From the NCBI RefSeq assembly GCF_009914755.1, contig NC_060939.1: a DNA stretch of 64,000 nucleotides, one strand, 5' to 3'. This document shows positions 53,576 to 64,000 of this stretch, piece by piece. A program made the translations under genes and the position numbers. The DNA is from the human T2T-CHM13v2.0 reference genome, Homo sapiens. Within the stretch, counting starts at the first letter, position 1, and every line of letters begins with the position of its first letter. The notes under the pieces were generated by a model. That model had not been told where the DNA came from. It was given only the letters and a program-made list of their open reading frames with translations, and did not search any database.

Positions 53576-56009
53576 GTAGAGCCTGGTACAAAAGGTTGGT
53601 AAGAAAATCTCCTGGGCTGGCCAGTTGTTGGTTCAAGTTTGCAAAACTCTTGTAAGTATCTTGGGAGGGGGTGCCCTACTAGTGACTTTATTACCCTGTT
53701 CTCAAAATCTGGGAAGTGCGGAGTAACAGAGAAACTTGAATTTTGTACCTGACTATAATTTTCTCTAAAATATCAGCTCTCATTTTCCAGTTGCCTGGGA
53801 CATTTGCACACAAGGTTGCCCATGGCCCTGCCACCTGACCCCCAACCCACTGCAGTCATGGAAACAAGGCTTTGCTGTCTCCAGGTCAAAATTAGGGCAC
53901 GCGGAGCCTCGAGTTTCATTCCAGCCGGCTCCCCAGCCCTGGCAGAACCGCAAACGTTCTCATATTTCTGTGGGGACCAACTCGAGGCAAAGACAGCCTT
54001 GTCCTGGGGCTTTGGGAAGCCGCCCTATTGTAGAGTTCCCTAAACCTTGGGACATGGGAAGAAACCGTGTCTTTACTCTTGCATCCTCTGGGATTGAAAC
54101 GCTACCACAGCCTGGCAGCCAGAGTTTTGTCATCCTCTGCCAGGTCTGTCTGGGCCTGGCATATCCAACAGCTCAGTCCCTGTTTTTCAAAGCCCTTTAG
54201 CCTAAAGACTGGTGGAGGGAGGGTGAGGGGAGGGGAAAGGAAGAAGGAAGAGTGGCTGGTCTGTCTGCTTGGAAGCCAGAGAAGGAGTGACGGGTGGGTG
54301 TTAAAGGTGAGTGTGTGGGGGCCAAGGCCTCCTCCCAAGGGGTCGGATCCTCTCCAGGAGTGCCCAGCAGTATCCGGGGGAGGCGGGGGGGTGGCTGTCT
54401 GACCTAAAGCCACACATGTAAGCCATGCCTCTTCCATTGTCACAAGTCATGAGTCCCCACAGTGAGCTTTACACATCCCATGAAGTCCTGACCCAGGAAT
54501 TTTGAGAGGCAGATTTTGGCCACAGTTTCCTTTTGGGACCCTTTCACATAGTCAGCAGCGCACAGTCCAAAGCTGTGCCTTGGCTCTGCTACCCATTTGT
54601 CACATGACTTGGAGTGTATCTCTCTGCCTTTCTGGGCCTCAGTTTTATCATCTGTAAAACGGGCTGGGTGGACTGGCTGGCCTTGAGGTTCTTTCATTAT
54701 GAATACAGTCTGTACTCCAGCCCAGTGCTTCTCAGACTTTACCATGGACAGGAGTCACCTGGGCCTATTGACATGCAGAGTTTTGGGGTCTAGGGTACAG
54801 CCGGCAACTCAGCATTTCTAACAAGCACCCCAGGGGACGCCACTGCTGGTGTGTGACTGCACGTGGACAGGTGCAGCCGGGGTGTGCTCTGCCTCACTCC
54901 TGGGAGTCACGTCCACACCCATCCGCACATACTTGGAAAATATGGGTCAAAAATGCCAAGGAGCAAGTTACTTCAAAAAGTGCAGTTGTTCTTTGTCCCT
55001 TAGGCCTATGTCCATGGCTCTGAAACTCCCACGTGTCTCTGGGGTGGACCTGAGGGGTGTTTTAGGACAAGATTATGCAGCCCCACTGGGTACAGACTTA
55101 CGTTTGACATCAGGGATACGATACCCAGCAGTGGCACTAGCTCCTCCACCCCACTGGGACTATTCCTCTGGGTTCTTCCCATCTAGGAGTTTATTCCGTG
55201 CCCTGCACTTGGTAATATCCTACAGGCCAAAGCCCCACACTAACAGTAAAGAGAGCATGATGTTGCAAGCATTAAATGAGACGGCATATGTGAATACGCC
55301 TGGGATGGTTTCTCCCACACAACAGGGACACTAAGTGTTAATTCCCCATGGACTCTGTCTCCACTCCACCCACCTCACCCCCAGGTGGTGAGCTCCTCCA
55401 GAGCACAGTGGCTGTGTCCATCTCTGGGCCTCCCGTACAAGGCTGTGCCAGGCCAGAGGAGGGCCTCCATGTGGCTTTACTAGAATGGCAGACGCTGTGA
55501 AGCTCCTGATGGAGGTTTCTGTCTCTGCCAATCCAAGTCTTCAATCCATTCACCCTACCTCCTCTGTGGGAGAAACACAAAGACACGCAAGACCTCACCC
55601 CCTCTCAGAAAACTCTGTGTGGGGAACACAAGCTTGTAAGTCCTGGTGGGACACATGGCACGCAAAATGCAACTATCTTGCAAAACCTAGTGCCTCCTAG
55701 GGAGTCCAAGGCAGGCTTCCGGCAGAAGCGGCATTGGAGTGTGGCTTGCCTTTGACCAGTAAAAGTGGTGAGGAGGAGGAAACAGCATGAAGAGGGGTGT
55801 GGAAGCAAGAAGGCAGATGCATGGATCCGGCAGGGCACTGCTCGAGCAAGCGTCAGCTGCACAAAGTGCTGCTGGGAATGTCTGAGGGGCTGGGCCCAGG
55901 AGAGCCCCACGATCCTGCAGTGCCAGGCTGAGGACACTGTGTCTATCTGGGATCGTGTGTGCAGAGTATAAGTTCCCAGATGTTTGGGGAACAGAACTTC
56001 ACTGTGCAT

Positions 56010-56010
<1 letters not shown>

Positions 56011-56045
<35 letters not shown>
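56011..56045 (+). repeat. (CA)n microsatellite
   Basis: about 17 CA units read directly. Confidence 0.95.
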
Positions 56046-56049
<4 letters not shown>

Positions 56050-59000
56050 TTCTTCCATAGGGAGAATCTGATGAACAAATGCCCTTCCATGGATAAACCA
56101 CATCATCATCACTGTTATCCCTTACCATTTTTTGGCCACTTTGAACGTACCAGGTGCTATTCTATGTACTTCATGTTTATTAACTTATTTAATTATCACA
56201 ACTATTCTGTATGGAGCACTCTGTTTTTATCCTGGCTTTGCAGTGAGGAAATTGAGGCAGAGAGAGGCAAATGCCACACAGCTAGTGAGGGCTGGAGCCA
56301 GGCAGTGGACCAGGTAGTTGGCCTCCAGAGCCTGCCCAAGCTGCCTCTCTCACCCTGCAGAGTACTCTTCAATGTGTACCTGTAGGTGTGGTGGTTTCTG
56401 GAAGGGAGTGACTCCTCTCCTGCCCGGAGCCAAGCCCATTCAGAAGTCACTTTGGGAGGCCTGGCCTACTGTTGGACAAAAGAGAGCCTAGATCAGATTG
56501 AACCCCTTCCTAACGCCTCCTTCTCAACTAAATGAAGCAATTCACATCTGGTGGGGAAGGAAGACATCTAGACAGTCCACTTAGGGCAGAGCTCCCCCAA
56601 CCCAGCATCCTCACTGAGGCACAGTCATTGGAAAAGCTTGGACTTCACAGCCCATCCCTGCCTGCCTCTTCTTGTGTCTCTGCAGGTAAGGTATGGAGCC
56701 CTTACTGTGAGCCGAGTCCTATACTGAATGAGGGCTGGGGCCTGCCTGCAAGGAGCTCACAGCCCCTGTTCCCATTACCCACAGCATCTTCCAGGAGGTG
56801 GCATCCCAGACTGGCCAACATTGCAGTTGGGAGTATATTTCCTGCTTCACCCCTCGTGAGCCGCCAGGGTCAGGTGCCACATCCCCTTCATTCTCCTTGC
56901 CTCTTTCACAGCCCCTCCTGCCCCATGGTTGATCCCAATCCATCTGAACTGCATGGAGTCCACTTGGCCCTGCTCTCAGGACCCAGAGCTTGGCCTAGAA
57001 TTGGCCCCAGGACCCTCAGGAAGGCCTTGGAAGCCTGGCTCAGCCGGGTTTCAAGGCAATAAAAGTAACTGAGACCTGAGCAGCCCCACACTGGCTGATG
57101 TGCTGCAGTGACACCTCAGTCTCTGAGGCCTGTGGCAAGGGCTCCTGAAGGTGAATTGACCCAGGGCAATCCTATCTGCTTACAATGTTTAGCCACAGTC
57201 AAAGATAGCAAGGCCTAGGGGCAGGGATGGGAAGACGCGATATTTTAGGGGGTTCAGTCTGAAATCACAAACAGGCTCTTTGAGTCAAATATACCTGATC
57301 TTGACTCCTGGTGGTTCCCTTTCTAGCTCTGGGCCTTTGAGCAAGTTGATTCTCACACACTGGGCCTCCATTTCCTCCTGTGTGACAGGAGGGTGATTAA
57401 AACTGGGTCACAAAAAAAAAGAGCTGACCTATGTTAAAGGACCAGTCAGTGCCTGGCACACACCAGGGGCTCAAAAAATATTAGTTTTCTTTCTGATTAA
57501 CCCACTTTTTCTCCCCAGTTGTTGAAAAAGGAAAGTCCTTGCTTAAAGGGAGGATAAATGGTACGTTCCTGGATTTCTTCGTTTGATGATGACCTGTGAT
57601 CCCTTGTCTTCATGTCTCCAGCCTCTATTTTTACACTCTTAACTGGATTTCTCAGACTTATTTTCACTGGTCAAAGGGCTTTTCCACCATTAAATCCTCT
57701 GTGCCAGACAGCAGCCAGACCTCCCCTGCAGTGCCCTCTGCTGCCATCCCAGTCCTAGGCACAGGCAGGAAACCCAGGTGTGCACACCCAGGCCGGGTCT
57801 CCCACAAGGAAGTCATCAGGTTAAATAGCAGAGGCTGCTCACCCAGGCAGCCTGATTGTCAGCATGAGTTTGCAGTGGCCTCTTAGTTTGCCCTCCAGTA
57901 CCCAAATCCATCCCCTCCAATCCATACTGCAACTTCATCTCATTGCTTTCTAATCGTGGCCAAAAATTCTAAACCGTCCCTGTCACTCTCCTGCTCCAGA
58001 ACCCTCAGTGGCTCCCTATTGCCCCCAGAACCAAGTCCCTGGCACACAGGTCCTTTGATATCTCACTCTGCTTGCCTCCCCAAGCCCATCTCCTCCACAC
58101 AATATGCTCCAGTCGGACCAGATCACTTGCCTTTCCCTAAACACCCATGCTGTTTCTCACCTCTCTGCCCTTGGATGCCTTTCTTGTGCCTACAGTGCTC
58201 TAGCATGGTATTCCTAACCTGCTTGGCTATAACACTACCTGAAGAGAAAGAGCTTGTGAAAAATAGGTATCGAAGCTTAGGCTCACCTGCTGAATCAGAA
58301 TCTCCAGCCGAGGAACCCGGGAGTCTATATTTTTAACGAGCGCCTGGGGTGATTCTTCTGACTTGGCAAACTGGAGAAGCACTCTTTTCGTGTACCTTGT
58401 CCACTAACAGACTTCTGCTTAGTGGTCACCACCTCAGGGAAGTCCACCTGACACTCCTCCTTCCCATAAGAGCGATGACAACAGTTAGCATTTATCAAGC
58501 TCTTATTATATCCAGTAGTGTTCTAAGTACTGGGCATATAGCAATTCTTTTAATCCTTGGGAGGGATGCTGTTGTGATCTCTATCAAAGCTAAAGTAATG
58601 GAAGGTCTCAGGAAGCACAGAGAGGTTGAGCAAGTTTCCCAGACTCACACAGGTAGAAAGTGTCCAAGCCAGTTTAGAGCCTGGGAGTCTGCCTTCAGAT
58701 CCCTCACTCTGTCACCTAATGGGCCAGATCACTCTTGGCAACAGCATCATCATCTTGTGGACTGAGGACTGGCTTACTTGCTTCTTTCCTCCTCTCCTAG
58801 ATCCTGAACTCCAGAAGACAGGCATTTACATCCACAGGGTCTAGCAAAGTTCTAGGTACACGATATGAGCTCAGTAAACCTTTGTGGCAGAAAAAGGAGG
58901 AGAAAGGATGATGGGAGGGGCCTGTGAGTGTGGAGAGATGCCCTGGGTCTTTGTTTGGGGATGAGAAAGAAGCAAGGAGAGGCAAAGGATGGGATCGAGT

Positions 59001-59060
59001 TAAACAGAGGAAGGGGTCTCAGCTTTCCCAAAAGGATCATGTTGCCTTTTTCTCCGGCAG

Positions 59061-59354
59061 GTGCAACCTGGCCCCAGTACAGGAGTATGCCCGGGATGTG
59101 GGGCTCAAGACAGACCTGGTAACCATGAACCCCTCGGTCATCCAGCGGGCCTTTGAGGACTTGGTCAATGCCACGTGGCGGGAGAAGCTGCTGCAACGGC
59201 TGCACAGCCTCAATGGCAGCATCCTGTGGATCCCTGCCTTCATGGCCCGGGGCGGCAAGGAGCGTGTTGAGTGGGTCAACGAGCTTATCCTGAAGCACCA
59301 CGTCAACGTGCGCACTGCATACCCCTCGCTGCGCCTGCTGCACGCCGTTCGCGG
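59061..59354 (+). CDS. ST8SIA2: ST8SIA2 exon 5 (294 nt), end of sialylmotif L and basic polysialyltransferase domain region; gene continues beyond the window
   Basis: Acceptor TTTTTCTCCGGCAG|; [27 protein letters not shown]...[20 protein letters not shown](G); donor GG|GTGAGC. No exon encoding YWLTNKVHIKRPTTG was seen in the remaining 4.6 kb. Confidence 0.98.
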
Positions 59355-60434
59355 GTGAGCGGCCTCCCTACAGGCCAGTAGGACCGTCACTAAGTGTGGG
59401 AGATTCTTGGTAGGCAGTATCCCTTTCCCAGGTGCATTTCCATCCCAGCTCCACCACTCATTTGCTGGATGGCCTCAGCAAGTCACCTGGCCTTTCTGAG
59501 CCTCCATTCCTTGAGAGATGAGGGGGTTTGGCAAGTGGGTTTCATCTGGCATGCCAATTTTGACCAATGGGTAGTGCCTGCCTAGAGAACTGAGTTGAGA
59601 ATGATCTTGGGGGTGGGGCTGTCTTGAGGCTCAATGGGAACAGACGCCATGAACATGGGAGGAGAGATGGTGGCTGGCAAGTCACATACCATCCCAGGTG
59701 TGTGATTTTCAAGAAAATCAGGATCAGATGCACTTGACTTCAAGTAATTCACCTTAATCTCTTTAAACTTTAGTTGCCTCTTCAGGGAAATATGAGTGGG
59801 AATGGTAACATTGGAGGATGTGAAGACTAAATGAGATAATGTATGTGAAATGCCTAGTAAAATTGCGGTAGAAACATTTAATGTTATCATCAATCATCGC
59901 TATCTTTATGTCTCAGTGCAATATTCTCTAACTCTGCAGAGCACATCTTACTGATTGGGCTGAGATCTTCAAAGGAGCGTCTCTTAGGATATGTTTTTGT
60001 CCACAAGGTCTTCTCTCTAAGATGGAGGGGAACTTTACCTAGGCAATATGAAAGAGATAGGGAGAGTTAAAGCAATGGAATCCACTCTCTTTAAGAAGAG
60101 TTTTGATGTAACTAATTAGGTAAGGATTTTCCTGGTTAGGCCTGGATCTCTAATTCCAGGAAAGAGATTCCAAGAATTAAGGAAAACAAATAGGAAATGT
60201 TGAGGAGGGTCTGAACTATTCCTATCAAGAAGTCCATGTCAACCTGGATGGCATTCTTAAACAGCCCCAGCCAAACAAGTAGTAGTTCCCAATCTCCTCC
60301 TTGTTTCCTCCCATTCATGTGACCTGGCATAGATCTCCCTGGCACTTGGATCAGTAAATTGGCTAGGAATTTACTAGTGCCCATGATAGCAGCCACAAGA
60401 AAAATAGTTTAATATTAATCATTCATTCACTCTC

Positions 60435-60940
60435 TTCCAGTTATCTATTGCAGTAAAAATCATCTCATAACTTAGTGGCTTAAAAAAACAACAACATCCA
60501 TTTTATATTGTTTACAATTTCTGTTGGCTAAGAATCTGAGAAGGGCTCACCTGGATGGTTCTTAGGTCAGGTGCAGTCAGACTGGCTAGAAGTAAAACAG
60601 TGGGGGGCTGAAGCAGCTGGGGTTGACCATGCGTCTCTCTCTCTTTATGTTATATTAGGGTTTCTCTAAATGATCTCTCCGCATGGGCTAGATTGGGCTT
60701 CCTCACAGCATAGTAGCCTTAGAGTGGTCAGACGTGTACATGGTGGCCCAGGCTCTAGCACAAGTGGCCCAGAGACCAAGGCAGAAGCTGCATCACATTT
60801 TTAGACCACATAGTGTCACTTCTATTATCATCTACTAGTCATCTAGTCATTAAATTAGCTTAGAATCAAGGGGAGTAGACATAGATCCTGCCTCTCAATG
60901 GGAAAGTGCCAATTTGTGTACATGTTTTAAAACTTACACA
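60435..60940. mobile_element. MLT1-type MaLR LTR
   Basis: CAGTTATCTATTGC...ACTTAGTGGCTTAAAA...GGGCTTCCTCACAGCAT...GGCAGAAGCTGCA. Confidence 0.7.
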
Positions 60941-61850
60941 CATTCATTCTGCATATATTTATTGAGTGCTTACTATGCGCTAGGCTCTGTTCTATACACT
61001 AAGACACAGTAGTGAATAAAATAAAGATCTCAGATCTCATTAACAATTAAGTTTTCTTATAGGGAAAGATAAATTACAGGTAAACAAATAAATAAGATAC
61101 TTTTAAATGGTGCTATCAGGAAACTCTTCTCTAGAAAGAAGTTGGTTTGAGCTAAGTCTCAAGGGACAAAACAGCACCAGCCATGTGCAGATCTGGGGTA
61201 GGAACCTTCCAGGTGGAGGGAACCTTAAGTGCAAAGGCCTTGAGGTAGGAGGGTGTGTTCAAGGTTCAACCAAGAGACAAATGTGGTTGAAACAGAGTGA
61301 GCAAGGAGAAAGGGGAAGGAGATGATGTTGGTGAGAGAGGCAGGTGCCAGAATGCACATATGTTTGTGGGCCATGGTAAAGAGTTTGGGTTTGATTCTAA
61401 GTTTGAGGGGCAGTGAAGGAGGTGAGGGAGAAGACCTGAGTTGTGTCTTTAAAAGATCCCTCCAGCAAGAATGAAAGCTGGAATATTTGTTGGGAAGCTG
61501 CTGCAATAGCTCTGGCAGAAAATAATGATGGCTTAGACTAGGATTATGGCATGGGATATCTAAGAGTTGGTCAGATTTGCTATAAAATTTTGAGGTAAAG
61601 GCAGCAGGATTTGCCGGTGGATTCTATTTAAGGACCATAATGGGGGAGAGAAAGAGAAAAATCCAGGATGACTCTTAGAATTAGAGTTTGAGCAAACAAG
61701 CCCAAGCAAACAAGCACAATGTGGCAGTGCCATAGTCTGTGATAGCAGAGCTTAGAGAAGCCCATGCATGTTTGGGGGCATTGTGGAAGGGAGTTCTTTC
61801 TTGAGCATACGAAGTGTGAGATGCCTGTTACAAATGTATATCCTACCACA
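60940..61850. mobile_element. L2 fragment
   Basis: CATTCATTC...TTTATTGAGTGCTTACTATG; TGCAAAGGCCTTGAGGTAGGA; GTGTGAGATGCCTGTT. Confidence 0.7.
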
Positions 61851-63439
61851 CTCCTGACCTCCCAGCTTGGGGTCAGGCCCTATACCCAATTGCCCATCCA
61901 ACCACATGGCAGATCACCAGGGATGTGAGGGAGCCCAGTGTACAGACTCCCCACTGACTGAGGGGCATCAGGATGCTCTTCACTGGGGACTTAGCATAAC
62001 TCAGTGTGACCCTGGGAAGCCCTCTGAGCCACCCACAAAGGATTCTTGTCCTCATGGTGACTGTGGTCACCCAAGCCTGTGACCAACACTGGTCTCATTA
62101 AGATGGGTATCAACAGGGAAAACCCATTGCCCCCAAGAAAGCCCGAGAGAGACATTCGATAAGGAGCAGCCACATGTGTGTCTGATGGAGCCAGAATGAT
62201 CCCCATATGGACACGGGGCTCAATGGGGCTACATACTTTATCCTAGAGGTTGGTCTCTCAGGACCATGTTTTCACTTCATCCCTGTCAGAGTAGGTCTGC
62301 AGTGGCAACCCTCATCTCGTGGACTGTTTAAATATTAAATATCGTTCCTTCCTAGAAGGAGGAAACTCTTGAGATGGTTCTGGAGTCCTTGGGGATAAGA
62401 GGAGAAACACTGCCCTTTGTTAAGGAGAGAAAATGTCCCTTGAATGGGGAATGGGCAACCACCTGGAAGAAACTGATGCAGCCAGATCTATTTCCAGCTA
62501 TAACTGACTCACTTTCATCTGTCAAAACAGCATTAAGCACCAGTAATAAGCCCTTTAAACAAACAGGCTGTTCATCCTGAGACTGCAACATCTTCAGCTG
62601 CAGGACCACCCCAGGAGGAAATACTGCAGGAGATTAGCCTCTTCTTTTAGCAGGGGGAGAAGAAGGGGAAAAGGAGGCTTGGAATGGAATTCTGCCAATG
62701 ATCCTCTCCCTCCGTGGGGCCATTGGACTCTGCAGGGTGCTGGGTCTAATAGGACACCAATGAAAAGTTAGGGAGCATGTTCATTAGCCCTTGCCTTGGT
62801 GGGACCTTACCTGGTGTTCACTGCAAGTGGAGGAATGGGCTGGGGAGGGATGCAGTACAAAGTCACACGAGAAAAGACCAAGGGATTGTAGAGAGGAAGG
62901 CTGAGGAGGAATCCGGCCAAGAGGCACTGTGGCCTAGCATCAAAACCATGGGCTTTGGCAGTAGCGACACCTCCAAAGGGTCCAGACCCCAGCTCCGTGA
63001 CTGGCTTGGTTGTATCACCTGCCTTCCCCCAGAGCCCCGCAGAAGACACATGTAATTAATCAATCGTGCCTACTGTGATTGTGGCAGCTGCCACCTGCCA
63101 CTTGGAGAGCTACAATGTGGGAAAGACATAAGACTTGTCCTATGGACTCAAGAGTTCCAGAGGCTGGAGCCACAAGGAGGAGAGTGCAATAGGCTGAATT
63201 TAAGACAGGACTCTGTAGTAGTCAGAGCAGTGGACTAAGTTAAACCAGTCACTCATGAGTTCTTCACCTTGAAGTCCCAATAATGGACTGCAGTTTGCAA
63301 AATAATCTTGTTTCCTTATGTTAAGATGTGTTACCCAATAAACCCCCTGTTTATAGGGTATGTGGGGGGGGGTGTGAATGAACTTTTATTGTGATAAAAT
63401 ATACATAACATAAAATTTATGATTTTAATGATTTTTTTC

Positions 63440-63990
63440 TTTTTCAACTTTTATTTTAGATTCAGGGGGTACCTCTGCAAGTTTGTTACCTGGGTATATT
63501 GCATGATGCTGAGGTTTGTGATACAAACGATCCCACCACCCAGGCACTAAACTTAGTACCCAACAGTTTTTCAACCCTTTCCCCATTCCCTTCTTCTCCA
63601 GTGTCTACTGTTGCCATCTTTATGTCCATGAATACCCAATGTTTAGCTCCCACTTATAAGTGAGAACATGTGGCATTTGGTTTTCTATTCCTGTGTTAAT
63701 TCACTTAGGATTACGGCCTCTAGTTATTAGATCATCAGGGACAGTTACTTGTGAATGGGTATTGTTTATACACCATGCGTCCATGATGTATTCCATGGTG
63801 TATATGTACCACATTTTCTTTATCCAATCCACCACTGCTGGGCACCTAGTTTGATTCCATGTCCTTGCTATTGTGAATAGTGCTGCTATGAACATGCCAG
63901 TGCATGTGTCTTTTGGTAGAATGATTTGTTTTCTTTTGGATACTCATCCAGTAATGGGATTGCTGGGTGGAATAGTAGTTCTACTTTCCT
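63440..63990 (-). mobile_element. Primate L1P 3' UTR (antisense to gene)
   Basis: TTTCAACTTTTATTTTAGATTCAGGGGGTAC; TTTAGCTCCCACTTATAAGTGAGAACATG; GTATTCCATGGTGTATATGTACCACATTTTCTTTATCCA. Confidence 0.9.
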
Positions 63991-64000
63991 TGCAAAATCT

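Noticed and set aside
61850-62560. Possible ERVL internal fragment (similar impression at ~5400-6170)
   Set aside because: Resemblance too weak to assign by eye; no readable retroviral ORF motif; needs RepeatMasker

Overview
Mammalian genomic DNA (primate, almost certainly human, given the AluJ/AluS content). It carries the promoter CpG island and coding exons 1-5 of ST8SIA2 (STX, polysialyltransferase) on the + strand. All five exons have canonical splice sites and join in frame. The last coding exon (sialylmotifs S/III/VS) lies beyond the window end. The 36-kb intron 1 holds three retro-derived passengers in the sense orientation: (i) an apparently intact box H/ACA scaRNA of the U109/SCARNA18 family (~32008-32144) whose 3' pocket still pairs with the 5' end of U1 snRNA; (ii) a BC200 (BCYRN1)-type monomer retrocopy inside an old L1; (iii) a very old processed alpha-enolase pseudogene split by a MER58-ended DNA insertion with an 8-bp target-site duplication (TSD) and by an L1/Alu/MST nest. 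Other points of interest are a tandem ARE/E-box pair just upstream of the weak-donor exon 2, an ~80-bp direct repeat flanking exon 4, and a 43-bp ETS-rich duplication upstream of the promoter. The rest is ordinary Alu/MIR/L1/L2/MER/MLT repeat. Family assignments come from remembered consensus sequences, not from a search.
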